From NCBI GenBank assembly GCA_963706285.1, contig CAVPLU010000003.1:1-64000 (forward strand): a stretch of DNA of 64,000 nt, read 5' to 3'. Positions 1-9,898 of the stretch are shown in pieces (position 1 is the stretch's first letter; each line of letters starts with the position of its first letter). The translations under genes and the position numbers were made by a program. This stretch comes from Candidatus Bathyarchaeota archaeon. Its GTDB lineage: Archaea > Thermoproteota > Bathyarchaeia > 40CM-2-53-6. The notes beneath the pieces were generated by a model that was given only the letters and a program-made list of their open reading frames with translations, was not told the origin of the DNA and did not search any database.

Positions 1-1015
1 TCACCTGAACATGACATAGGCTGCTACCCAAACACCCAAGACCGTGAAAATGCCCGCAAGGATGCTTCCTATCGAGAATAGTGGAACGCCAATCAGTATC
101 GTGGCGATATTGCATCCATCTCCAACGACTGCTCCGAAACCCATTACGAGCCCTCCAATCAGAGATTGCGCAAGCAGTCGAGGTCGTGGAACTCGCAGCT
201 TCCATTCCTTTGATAATACTGCTGCGACGGCAGCACCAAGGATCGCTCCCAGCACCAAGCCCATCTCCCAATTGAAGGGGTAGCCAACATTCACACGAAA
301 AATCGTTGCCACGAGTCCAATGTAACCGCCACACCATCCAGGGTATGTCCCACCTGCAGCCTCAAGGCTGACGTATGAGAAGATTGCAACTATGCCCAAG
401 AGCAGGCCGGAAAACCACCAAGGCCATCCTTTTCCAAAGAGCGAGAGATCTCGGAAACTGGCACCTCTGAGACTCCTCCATGCCAAGATGACGGTGACTA
501 TAAGGATCGGCGCTATGAGTGCCCAATGATTCAATCCAAGGATAGATGGCAAGATCGGTGCCGCGCCCGCGAACTCGATCTGTGTTGTGCTCTGAAGTGT
601 GTTCTTGAACGGGGCAAGCCAAAGAGAGAGGGTGACTGTCGAACCAATGCCTATTCCTACAAGCGCAAGCACCGAACCGATCATTCCTTCGCCAGCGCGG
701 TATGTAGATCCAGAAACGCAGCCACCAGCGAGAACCATCCCAACTCCGAAAATGAATCCCCCGAGTATGTTTGCTCCCCAGTAAAGACCTCTAGGATAGG
801 TTGTGAGATAGACCAGAGTCAGCCAATGCCGCAAAACCAACCATTTCGACGGCTATTGCTATCCAGATCGCTTTGGCGATCGTTGAGTCTTTGAACAGAA
901 GAATATCACGGAACCCTGAATTGAAACAGATCCGCCCCCGTTGCAGGATAACTCCAAAGATGGCGCCTACGATCAGCCCGGACAAGATTTGCTCAACAGC
1001 CAACATCTGTATCAC
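1..1015 (-). CDS. YeeE/YedE (TsuA-like) sulfur/thiosulfate transporter family membrane protein (one apparent frameshift near 800-840)
   Basis: ORFs 791..1015 and 1..840 join: FGVILQRGRICF, GMVLAGGCVSG and GAVVGDGCNI are the three conserved Cys-containing YeeE motifs. Confidence 0.85.
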
Positions 1016-1203
1016 TCAGTGTTTGTCTACCAGCGGCTCCACAAAACCGGCGGAGACATGTAAATCGTTGTATTGCGGCCTTCCCATTAAGTTGGTCAAG
1101 ACTTGTCCCTTTTTCGCATCCGCGAACAACATCAACCCGGGCCGATTCGATCCTTACGTGATGGGTCACGAGAAAACTCTATCGTACTTGACAAGAAGAT
1201 CGA

Positions 1204-1461
1204 CTAGCTGATCGTATTCGATGTTCTCAACGCCATTTGCCTTGCCAAGGCCTCCTGCACCATCTTCTCCTTGAGTGCAAGCACCTTCACGCCTCTCTGC
1301 ATCAAGTCTTCGATTTCATCTTCCTCGGCTGCATGTGTGGTGGTAATGATCCCTTCGTGAATTAGAACGACTGCGTCACCCGACTTGGCCAGCTTGAAGG
1401 CCAGTGTCCTTCTCGTCGGGTCCGGCCTATAGAGCATGAAGAGTGTGGGCATGAGACTCAC
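1204..1461 (-). CDS. DsrH/TusB-like sulfur relay protein (C-terminus probably frameshifted)
   Basis: GDAVVLIHEGI...GVKVLALKE pattern; last of three DsrE-fold genes in tandem. Confidence 0.65.
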   Translation of the reverse strand: MSLMPTLFMLYRPDPTRRTLAFKLAKSGDAVVLIHEGIITTTHAAEEDEIEDLMQRGVKVLALKEKMVQEALARQMALRTSNTIS

Positions 1462-1826
1462 CTAGAATGTGATCGTAGCATCAGCCTCATGGACGAGTTG
1501 AGCTAATCGTTCGGTACTGAGAGTTCCGATGCCAGCAAGCTGATCATCGAGTATGCCTCTCTTCTGAGCGGACTCTAGATGAACTTGCACCTTCAATCCA
1601 AACTCCTCGGCGTCCTTCATGAACTGGTCGAGATCCTTCATTCCTGTTCCCTGAACGCTTCTGTTCTTTAAGAACCGTGAACACTGCATCATTCACTAAG
1701 ACAACCGTCGTATCAATATCCATTCCAGCCAGAGCCAATTGCGGCGCGGAGTCCTTCGCCCACAATTGTCCCACAGCGATGGCCAATGTTCGGGGCCTTG
1801 TCGATTACAATCAAGAGTCGCTTCAT
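1462..1826 (-). CDS. DsrF/DsrE-family sulfur relay protein (frameshifted)
   Basis: MKRLLIVIDKAP (ATG 1826) + LALAGMDIDTTVVLVNDAVF + LAQLVHEADATITF across three frames. Confidence 0.65.
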
Positions 1827-1835
1827 ATGAATCCC

Positions 1836-2187
1836 CTAGTTGCTGAAGTTCAGGATTCGGTCTGCCCAGCTCGTCATTCTGGCGAGGTCCGGTAGCCCAC
1901 CCATCTGCGAACCCTTGACCAACGCCTCTTTTGCTATTCCTCGAAGAATACAACATGCGCTACAAGTCGTAACTTCGACACCTTTTTCCACAAGGCTTCT
2001 TACAATCTCGGCTTGCCTTTTCTCTCCATTTGCCTTCACATCTCTGCTGGCAGCAACAACCGACTCGTCGTAGAGGAAGACCTTGACTTCATGCTCCTTT
2101 TCTAGCGCAGCTGTGACAATTGCATATGCTGTCTCAAGATCTCGCGTATTTGTAGGGATCAGTCTGAACTATTACCGTGATCTTCAT
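1836..2187 (-). CDS. DsrE/TusD-family sulfurtransferase (frameshift near 5' end)
   Basis: ALEKEHEVKVFLYDESV ... GVEVTTCSACCILRGI ... LPDLARMTSWADRILNF. Confidence 0.75.
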
Positions 2188-2262
2188 TCACTGAACGTCT
2201 CCGTCTACGTTAGGGAACGGTGACGTGACAGAACAGCTGACAGCGTACTTGTTCACCTCACC

Positions 2263-2518
2263 TTACCCCTGATGCTTGGTTTCTCCCACTTGTATGTAGA
2301 GTTCATGAACAGGGCCGTTGACTCTCTGAACCGCCAGCACTTTGTGGCCTTCAGCAGTAACATTACGTGGAATCCTCTCAACCGACATCGGATAGTCGAC
2401 AATGACTTTCAGGATCTGTCCCGGCTTCATCTCCTTGAGTTTCTTGCGTGTCCTGATGTCTGGGTACGGGCATATTTCTCCCTGAACGTCCAGATACCGC
2501 GTCAAAGGACTGGCTCAT
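2263..2518 (-). CDS. tusA: TusA/SirA-family sulfur carrier
   Basis: LDVQGEICPYP (CPxP motif); probable true start ATG 2518 (MSQSFDAV) with a 1-nt indel. Confidence 0.85.
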
Positions 2519-3059
2519 TTCGGTTCCCAGCTCCAACTGAACTGACTGTGGAATATGTGTGTCGCTTAGGAAATCTATACTCTCGTGTCCCTACAGCGCT
2601 CGAAAGCGTATCATTTGAAGTGTCCTTCGAAAATCTACAATTCTCGTCATCCGAACTTCCAACTGGATGCATTCTTTCCGCCGGCACACCCAATCGGATA
2701 CTTGCGAAACAAGACCACGCGGATTTGCCTTCCTCTATCTAGTTGCTCTGTTTCGAGTGACAATGTCACCGACAGAGATTCGTCACCAAGTGAAACACCA
2801 ATCCCAGGCGACACATCCTGCTTGTGGGGATAGCGGTCAAGATGCATTCCGGATGACAACCGCCAATGAAGACGACAGGATGCAGTCCGAGCACTAACAA
2901 GTCAATATCCGTTTCTCCTCTGCTGCAACTTGCAGGTGATTGGATTCTTGCGAGAACGCATCCGAGAGTGCTGCAGGACTCAACTTGATTTGGTTAGAGC
3001 AGAGATTCTGTTTCTTCTTATTGCGTGACTAGCGTAATAGGTCGAATCTGTGCGCTACT

Positions 3060-3070
3060 CTTATATGAAA
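3060..3070 (+). promoter_or_regulatory. Candidate archaeal TATA box for the ilv leader transcript
   Basis: CTTATATGAAA about 50 nt upstream of the leader ATG. Confidence 0.4.
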
Positions 3071-3115
3071 CATTAAGGGCTTCGTGCGATTCCAAGGACC
3101 TTGCAACACCGGGAA

Positions 3116-3202
3116 ATGCGAAAACTCTTCAAATTCGACGATCAATTGCGATTACTCTCGATCGTCGTTAGCGTCGTCCTAGTCCTTATTGTCGTTCAGT
3201 AG
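3116..3202 (+). CDS. Putative Ile/Leu/Val-rich leader peptide (28 aa, MRKLFKFDDQLRLLSIVVSVVLVLIVVQ)
   Basis: Translated by hand; 13 of the last 16 codons are Leu/Ile/Val; stop is 39 nt before the ilvB ATG; alternative start TTG 3146. Confidence 0.7.
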   Translation: MRKLFKFDDQLRLLSIVVSVVLVLIVVQ

Positions 3203-3233
3203 ACCTCGCGACTACCCAATCTTTCGCGAGGTC
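3202..3233 (+). promoter_or_regulatory. 10-bp perfect hairpin covering the SD-like GAGGT of ilvB
   Basis: GACCTCGCGA (3202-3211) / TCGCGAGGTC (3224-3233); GAGGT at 3228-3232 lies 9 nt before ATG 3242. Confidence 0.7.
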
Positions 3234-3241
3234 GAGAAAAA

Positions 3242-4951
3242 ATGGAAGTGAACATAATGGAGATGTCAGGTGCGAACGCACTCGTTGAGGCTCTTAGACG
3301 AGAGAAGACAGAGGTAGTGTTCGGGCTCCCAGGAGGCCAGATAATGCCAGTATACGACGCCCTCCACAAAATACGAGACTTGCCGCCCGAATCTCGAATC
3401 AGGCACGTCCTCGCTCGCCACGAGCAGACAGCCGCTCACATGGCTGATGGATACGCACGAGCGAGCGGCCGAGTAGGAGTCTGTATGTCAACCTCCGGTC
3501 CGGGAGCAACGAATCTCGTAACCGGAATCGCAACTGCCTTCATGGATTCATCTCCAATAATCGCGATTACAGGCCAGGTCGGGAGACGCTTCATCGGGAA
3601 AGACGCCTTTCAGGAAACAGACATCGTCGGAGTCGTCACATCCGTAGCCAAGTACGCGTTCCAGCCTAGAAAGGCTACTGAGATTCCTCAGACGGTGAAG
3701 GCAGCGTTTCATATTGCTTCCACGCGGAGGCCTGGCCCCGTTCTTATCGACCTTCCTAGAGATGTGCAGCAAGAGATGGGCGTCATGGACTTCACGGATC
3801 GAGTGATCCCCAAGAGATACTCTCCAATACCTGATCCTGACCCTGAGACAGTCCTGAGAATGATCGATGTCCTCGCGAACGCGAAAGCCCCCATGATCCT
3901 TGCTGGAGGCGGAGTCAAGATCTCAGAAGCCTCACAGGAACTCATAGCACTCGCCGAGTTGCTGATGTGCCCCGTCGCAACCTCGCTCATGGGAAAGGGA
4001 TCCATTCCAGAAGATCATCCCCTCTCGGTCGGCGTAATGGGGATGCATGGCTCATCTGAAACAAACCAACTTGTAACAAAGGCCGATGTTCTACTGGTCA
4101 TAGGCTCTAGACTCTCCGACCGAACCACCGGAGATGCAAACAAGTTCTGTCAGAACAGTTCGATTCTGCATATCGATGCGGACAAGGCAGAAATTGGAAA
4201 GAACAAAACACCCACAATCTCGCTAGCAAGCGACGCAAAGAGAGCACTGAAAGCGATCAACGCCGGTCTAAGCACAAAACTTGTCGAAGAACGCAAGTCA
4301 CGGTCCTTCCGCAAAGCCGAGGCCGCACTCAACATCGAAGGACTCAAAAAGGACGGCCCTTACCTGTCGGCCGTTCGAGTCGTCAAACTACTAAGGCATC
4401 TGTTGCCCCGAGAGACAATTGTGACAACAGAGGTCGGACAGAACCAAATGTGGTGCGCAGTGCATTTCCAAGCATATGGCCCGAGACAATTTATCACGTC
4501 AGGAGGCCTTGGCACCATGGGATTCGGATTCCCCGCTGCCTTAGGCGCAAAAGTCGCATGCCCCAGTGCACCCGTAGTCGATGTGGCCGGAGACGGAAGT
4601 TTCGCGATGACCGAGAACGCCTTAGCCACATCCATCGAGGAGCACATCCCTGTGATAGTAGTGATCCTAAACAACCGTATGCTCGGCATGGTCGCGCAGT
4701 GGCACCGAATGTTCTACGGACGAAGATACTTCGGCGTTGAACTTGGCAAGTCACCCAACTTTCCAAAGCTGGCCGAAGCGTACGGCGCCATTGGAGTAGA
4801 AGCAAGAGACTACAAAGAGCTAAGCAAGGCAGTGAAGGACGCACTTAGCAGCGAAGTCACTACCGTGATCGATGTGCCAGTTTCCCCTGAAGAGAATGCA
4901 ACACCGATGCTTCCCCCGGGAGCAGGACTGGAGGATGTGGCTATCGCATGA
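3242..4951 (+). CDS. ilvB: Acetolactate synthase large subunit
   Basis: RHEQTAAHMADGYAR, TSGPGATN, GDGSF...N TPP-binding motif. Confidence 0.95.
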   Translation: MEVNIMEMSGANALVEALRREKTEVVFGLPGGQIMPVYDALHKIRDLPPESRIRHVLARHEQTAAHMADGYARASGRVGVCMSTSGPGATNLVTGIATAFMDSSPIIAITGQVGRRFIGKDAFQETDIVGVVTSVAKYAFQPRKATEIPQTVKAAFHIASTRRPGPVLIDLPRDVQQEMGVMDFTDRVIPKRYSPIPDPDPETVLRMIDVLANAKAPMILAGGGVKISEASQELIALAELLMCPVATSLMGKGSIPEDHPLSVGVMGMHGSSETNQLVTKADVLLVIGSRLSDRTTGDANKFCQNSSILHIDADKAEIGKNKTPTISLASDAKRALKAINAGLSTKLVEERKSRSFRKAEAALNIEGLKKDGPYLSAVRVVKLLRHLLPRETIVTTEVGQNQMWCAVHFQAYGPRQFITSGGLGTMGFGFPAALGAKVACPSAPVVDVAGDGSFAMTENALATSIEEHIPVIVVILNNRMLGMVAQWHRMFYGRRYFGVELGKSPNFPKLAEAYGAIGVEARDYKELSKAVKDALSSEVTTVIDVPVSPEENATPMLPPGAGLEDVAIA

Positions 4952-5481
4952 TCGCTCCTCAGCAAGAAGTAATCATCAACGTGCTCGTGGACCATAAGCC
5001 AGGAGTCCTCTACGAAGTCTCCAACCTCTTCAGAAGAAGAGGATTCAACATCAGCAACGTCGCGATCGGAACATCCGAGAGGGACAAAATCGCTAGGATG
5101 ACACTTACAATGCGTGGCAGCGAAGCCGAGGCCATGCAGCTAGTCAAACATCTCGAGAATCTGGTTGATGTAATCAGAGCCGAGATAGTTGACTCCAGCA
5201 AAGCAGTGGTTAGAGAGCTCGCCCTCGTCAAGCTAGCTCCCAAACCAGAGGATAGGCTTCAGATCCTGAGCTTCGTAGACGTCTACCGAGCCAAAATCGT
5301 GCACCTGGCCGACGATAGCATGATTGTGGAAGCGTCAGGCGATTCGGACAAGATCGACGCCTTGATCGAACTGAGCCGGAACTTCGGACTGAAAGAAGTT
5401 GCCCGAACCGGCATCACGGCATTATCAAGAGAACGAAAACTAACAGAGTCAGAGTCACAAGGAAATGATGTAGGATGGTAA
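4948..5481 (+). CDS. ilvN: Acetolactate synthase small (regulatory, ACT) subunit
   Basis: HKPGVLYEVSNLFRRRGFNI, EVARTG; overlaps ilvB stop. Confidence 0.93.
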   Translation: MIAPQQEVIINVLVDHKPGVLYEVSNLFRRRGFNISNVAIGTSERDKIARMTLTMRGSEAEAMQLVKHLENLVDVIRAEIVDSSKAVVRELALVKLAPKPEDRLQILSFVDVYRAKIVHLADDSMIVEASGDSDKIDALIELSRNFGLKEVARTGITALSRERKLTESESQGNDVGW

Positions 5482-5563
5482 GAGTGTATCTGGATAAGGA
5501 CGTTGAACTGAGTTGGCAAAAACATCAGAAAGATGCGCGGCCTAGAATCGTAGTGAATCGACT

Positions 5564-6820
5564 GTGAATATCATAGAAAAGATACTCGCGAAAGCATCCG
5601 GCAAGCAACAAGTGCATCCAGGAGAGATCGTTGAGGCAGAAATCAGTTCTGCAATGATCCATGACATCACAGGACCGCTAGCTGTTCAATCCTGGAAGAA
5701 GCTCGAAGAGAAGAAAGTATGGGATCCTAGCAGAGTCGTCGTGATCTTCGATCATTACCTCCCACCGCCTACAGAGCAAGCCGCAAGCCTACAGAAGATC
5801 ATGCGCGATTTCGTGAATGACCAGGGTATCCAGAACTTCTATGACATCGGACGAGGCGGCATCTGTCATCAAGTGATGCCCGAGAAAGGACACGTGCATC
5901 CAGGCGACGTTATCGTTGGAGCGGACTCGCACACGTGCACCTACGGAGCTTTCGGAGCGTTCTCAACAGGAATTGGCTCAACTGAAATGGCTGCAGTTTT
6001 TGCTACTGGGCGTCTCTGGTTCAAGGTTCCAAGAACGATCAAGATCGAAGTAACCGGCAGCCTCGCACCACTTGTGATGAGCAAAGACCTCATCCTCCAC
6101 ACACTCGGAAAGCTCGGCGTCTCAGGAGCAAACTACCGAGGAATGGAATTCACAGGCCAAACAATTGAAGACATGAGCATCGCAGGGAGAATGACCATCT
6201 GCAACATGTGCATAGAAGCAGGAGCCAAAGCCGGAATAATCGCACCCGACAAGAAGACTACGGAATACCTGGCTGCCAGAACCTCACGCCCATTCCAGAG
6301 CGTAAGAAGCGATGAGGATTCCGAATACGAGCGAACAATCAACATAGATGCATCAACCCTTTCACCACAGGTCGCACGCCCCCACTCCCCCGACAACGCT
6401 GTGCCTATCGAGAAGATTCCAGAAACACGAATCGATCAAGCATTCCTAGGGTCTTGCACGAATGGCAGGACTGAGGATCTCCGAATCGCGGCCAGGATCC
6501 TTGACGGAAAAAGGGTGAACGACCACACGAGATTGATCGTTACACCTGCGTCACAAGAGGTCTACTCTGAATGTCTCAAAGAGGGGCTCATCGAGGTCTT
6601 CACCGAATCCGGAGCCGTCGTGACTAATCCAGGATGTGGAATCTGTATAGGGATACACATGGGTGTCCTAGCCCCGGGAGATGTTTGCATAAGCTCATCC
6701 AATCGCAACTTTGTTGGAAGAATGGGAAGCTCTCAAGCAAGCATATTCCTTGCTTCCCCAGCGACAGTAGCCGCATCTGCAATCACTGGCAAGATAACCG
6801 ACCCGCGCAAACTGAGTTGA
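5564..6820 (+). CDS. leuC: 3-isopropylmalate dehydratase large subunit
   Basis: GADSHTCTYGAFGAF, GSCTNGR, PGCGIC, NRNFVGRMG. Confidence 0.92.
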   Translation: MNIIEKILAKASGKQQVHPGEIVEAEISSAMIHDITGPLAVQSWKKLEEKKVWDPSRVVVIFDHYLPPPTEQAASLQKIMRDFVNDQGIQNFYDIGRGGICHQVMPEKGHVHPGDVIVGADSHTCTYGAFGAFSTGIGSTEMAAVFATGRLWFKVPRTIKIEVTGSLAPLVMSKDLILHTLGKLGVSGANYRGMEFTGQTIEDMSIAGRMTICNMCIEAGAKAGIIAPDKKTTEYLAARTSRPFQSVRSDEDSEYERTINIDASTLSPQVARPHSPDNAVPIEKIPETRIDQAFLGSCTNGRTEDLRIAARILDGKRVNDHTRLIVTPASQEVYSECLKEGLIEVFTESGAVVTNPGCGICIGIHMGVLAPGDVCISSSNRNFVGRMGSSQASIFLASPATVAASAITGKITDPRKLS

Positions 6821-6826
6821 CGTCCT

Positions 6827-7321
6827 ATGATCGTGAAAGCCAAAGCTGTCAAATTCGGCAACAATGTAGATACCGATGTGATCCTACCGGGAAAGTACCT
6901 TGCTCTGACAGATCCTGAAGAACTCAAGGAGCATGTCATGGAAGGTATCTCCCCTGGTTTTGCTTCGAAGTTCGCTGAAGGAGCAATCGTCGTGGCCGGG
7001 GAGAACTTCGGGCAGGGATCGAGCAGAGAACACGCACCGATAGCACTCAAAGCTGCAGGCGTGAGATGCGTCGTTGCAGAGTCTTTTGCACGTATCTTCT
7101 ACAGGAACTCTATGAACATCGGCCTCCCTGCCCTAGAGTGCCCAGGCGTCTCGACTCGTGTCATCGACGGGGATCAATTGTCAATTGACATTGAACGCGG
7201 TGAAATCAAGAATCTAAGGACCGGAGAGACGCTCAGAACGGAAGTGATTCCGCCCAATCTCCTTCAGGTGTTGAATGACGGTGGAATCATGGAGCATTTG
7301 AGAAAGAAGCGGGCCCACTGA
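6827..7321 (+). CDS. leuD: 3-isopropylmalate dehydratase small subunit
   Basis: NVDTDVILPGKYL, NFGQGSSREHA, SFARIFYRN. Confidence 0.93.
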   Translation: MIVKAKAVKFGNNVDTDVILPGKYLALTDPEELKEHVMEGISPGFASKFAEGAIVVAGENFGQGSSREHAPIALKAAGVRCVVAESFARIFYRNSMNIGLPALECPGVSTRVIDGDQLSIDIERGEIKNLRTGETLRTEVIPPNLLQVLNDGGIMEHLRKKRAH

Positions 7322-8358
7322 TGACAGTATGCAAGATCTCACTCATACCAGGTGACGGAATAGGGCCTGAACAGACCGAAGCAACCATCGAAGTACTTGA
7401 GAAAGTCAGAGACGTCTTCGGGCTTAAGCTTGAATTCATCTGGACGGAAGCGGGGGACGATTGTAAGCGCAAGCACGGTTCAGCCTTGCCAGACGATACC
7501 GTTCGCACTCTCGAGAACACGGATGCGTGCCTAAAGGGCCCCGTCGGCGAAACCGCATATGACGTAATTGTCACTCTGCGGCAGATGTTCGACCTATACG
7601 CTAACCTAAGACCCGCCCGAACCTATCCGGGATTGAAATGCCTCGACCCCGACACCGACCTCATCATAGTGAGAGAGAATACGGAAGATCTGTACAAGGG
7701 GCTTGAGTTCGAGATCGCAGACTCAGTAATCGCGATAAGAGTAACCACGGTGAAGGCCTGTCAGAGGATAGCATCCAAAGCGTTTCACATCGCAAAACAA
7801 CGGAATGGCAAGAAGCTTGTTACGGCGGTGCACAAGGCGAATGTTATGAAGAAAACGTGCGGTCTATTCGCCTCGATCTGCCGAGAGGAAGCGAAGAATC
7901 ATCCGAATATCAAATTTGAGGAGATGTACGTGGACGCGGCCGCAATGAATCTTGTGCGGGAACCCGCGCATTTCGATGTGCTGGTAACCACGAACATGTT
8001 CGGAGACATACTGAGCGACGAAGCAGCTCAAGTTGTGGGAGGTCTCGGGATGGCGCCATCAGGCAACATAGGCGAAAAATTCGCGATATTTGAGCCCGTG
8101 CACGGTTCAGCCCCGGACATAGCTGGCAAGAAGATCGCAAACCCAACCTCGATGCTGCTGTCCGCAAGCATGATGCTTGACTGGCTAGGTGAGAAGTCTG
8201 GCGATTCTAGTTACAGGGCGGCTGCTCATTCGCTCGAAACCGCCACCATGAAAGCTCTCACCGACCGAATCACAACCCCAGATCTAGGAGGCAACTACAC
8301 GACGCAACAAGTTGCAGCTGCAGTCGCAGAGAGAATAGCCATGGAAGCGGTAAAATGA
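7321..8358 (+). CDS. leuB: 3-isopropylmalate dehydrogenase
   Basis: IPGDGIGPE, RENTEDLY, NMFGDILSD, EPVHGSAPDIAGK; leu operon context. Confidence 0.9.
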   Translation: MTVCKISLIPGDGIGPEQTEATIEVLEKVRDVFGLKLEFIWTEAGDDCKRKHGSALPDDTVRTLENTDACLKGPVGETAYDVIVTLRQMFDLYANLRPARTYPGLKCLDPDTDLIIVRENTEDLYKGLEFEIADSVIAIRVTTVKACQRIASKAFHIAKQRNGKKLVTAVHKANVMKKTCGLFASICREEAKNHPNIKFEEMYVDAAAMNLVREPAHFDVLVTTNMFGDILSDEAAQVVGGLGMAPSGNIGEKFAIFEPVHGSAPDIAGKKIANPTSMLLSASMMLDWLGEKSGDSSYRAAAHSLETATMKALTDRITTPDLGGNYTTQQVAAAVAERIAMEAVK

Positions 8359-9887
8359 ATCCCACACCCGAGAAGTATGTTCGGATATTCGACACTACCC
8401 TACGAGACGGAGAACAGACCCCAGGCGTCTCACTGACCCCTGAAGAGAAACTCGCAATCGCAAAACAGCTTACACGTTTGGGCGTCGACGCGATCGAAGC
8501 TGGCTTCCCTATCTCGTCGGAGGGCGAGGCGGCAGGGGTGAAACTTGTCGCCAAAGATGGCCTGTCTTCGGAAATCTACGCTCTCGCACGCGCGAACCCA
8601 CAGGACATCGACGCCGCTCTACAATGCGATGTCGGCTACGTTCACGTCTTCATCGCAACATCAGATCTGCATCTGAAGCACAAGCTCAAACTCACTCGTC
8701 AGCAGGTCATAGAAAAGGCAGTGCACGCAGTCTCCTACGCGAAGGATCATGGACTGACAGTTGAGTTCTCAGCTGAGGATGCCACTCGATCAGATCCCGA
8801 ATACCTGGGACAAGTACTCAGGTCCGTCTGTAAGGCAGGCGTGGATCGCATAAACATACCCGACACAGTAGGTGCGACATCACCCGAGAAGATGCGACGC
8901 ATCGTTGAATTGGTGAAACAACAGATCGACAAGCCGATCAGCGTCCACTGCCACGACGATTTCGGGTTAGCAGTCGCAAACAGTCTAGCAGGAATCGCAG
9001 CAGGAGCCGCTCAAGCTCACGTCACCGTGAACGGTATTGGCGAAAGAGCTGGAAACGCCTCACTTGAAGAACTCGTAATGGCTCTGCACCAACTTGCCGA
9101 CATGAAGACTCGCATCGACACCTCTCTCCTCTATGAGACCTCAAGAATGGTCGCCAAGGTAATGGGCGTAATTGTTCAACCAAACAAGGCAATTGTGGGA
9201 GACAACGCATTCGGTCACGAGTCAGGAATCCACACTCACGGAATAGGTTCAGAAGCATCCACTTACGAACCATTCGATCCAGCGATCGTGGGAAGAAAAA
9301 GATGGTTCCAAGCAGGAAAACACGCTGGCGCACATGGAATAGCCGCCCAACTCGCTGAGATGGGCTTCTCCCCCAACCCTGAAGAACTCTCCCAGATCGT
9401 AACTAAAGTCAAAGACCTAGCCGACAAAGGAAAAACCGTCACCGACACAGACCTATCCGCAATCGCTGAAACAGTAATCAGCACTCTAACGCCTGGAACC
9501 AACCCAGTCTCGCTGAACGATTTCGCCGTAATGACAGGAATCGGCGTTGTCCCAACAGCCTCTGTACGCATCAAGATCAACGGAACAGAATACATCGCGT
9601 CTGAGACAGGCGTCGGCCCGATCGACAGCGCAATGAAGGCGATACAGAAACTCACTGACCCGCTTGTTCATGTGCGATTGAAAGAGTTTAGACTCGACGC
9701 CATCACCGGCGGCTCTGACGCACTAGCTGAAGCCGTTGTGAAAGTTGAGGACGATGATGGAATCACAGTTTCGGCACGAACAACAGGTGAAGACGTCGTT
9801 CGAGCGAGCGTTGAAGCAATGATTCTAGGAATTAACAAGCTCCTCCACAAGAAACACCTTAGCACAAAGAGCCCTCCCGAAAAGTAG
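8355..9887 (+). CDS. leuA: 2-isopropylmalate synthase (LeuA/CimA family)
   Basis: [23 protein letters not shown] and C-terminal regulatory domain; CimA cannot be excluded. Confidence 0.82.
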   Translation: MNPTPEKYVRIFDTTLRDGEQTPGVSLTPEEKLAIAKQLTRLGVDAIEAGFPISSEGEAAGVKLVAKDGLSSEIYALARANPQDIDAALQCDVGYVHVFIATSDLHLKHKLKLTRQQVIEKAVHAVSYAKDHGLTVEFSAEDATRSDPEYLGQVLRSVCKAGVDRINIPDTVGATSPEKMRRIVELVKQQIDKPISVHCHDDFGLAVANSLAGIAAGAAQAHVTVNGIGERAGNASLEELVMALHQLADMKTRIDTSLLYETSRMVAKVMGVIVQPNKAIVGDNAFGHESGIHTHGIGSEASTYEPFDPAIVGRKRWFQAGKHAGAHGIAAQLAEMGFSPNPEELSQIVTKVKDLADKGKTVTDTDLSAIAETVISTLTPGTNPVSLNDFAVMTGIGVVPTASVRIKINGTEYIASETGVGPIDSAMKAIQKLTDPLVHVRLKEFRLDAITGGSDALAEAVVKVEDDDGITVSARTTGEDVVRASVEAMILGINKLLHKKHLSTKSPPEK

Positions 9888-9898
9888 GTGCATATGAC

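Noticed and set aside
2520-3050. Short ORFs between tusA and the ilv leader
   Set aside because: No recognisable family or consistent frame, so I cannot support a gene call
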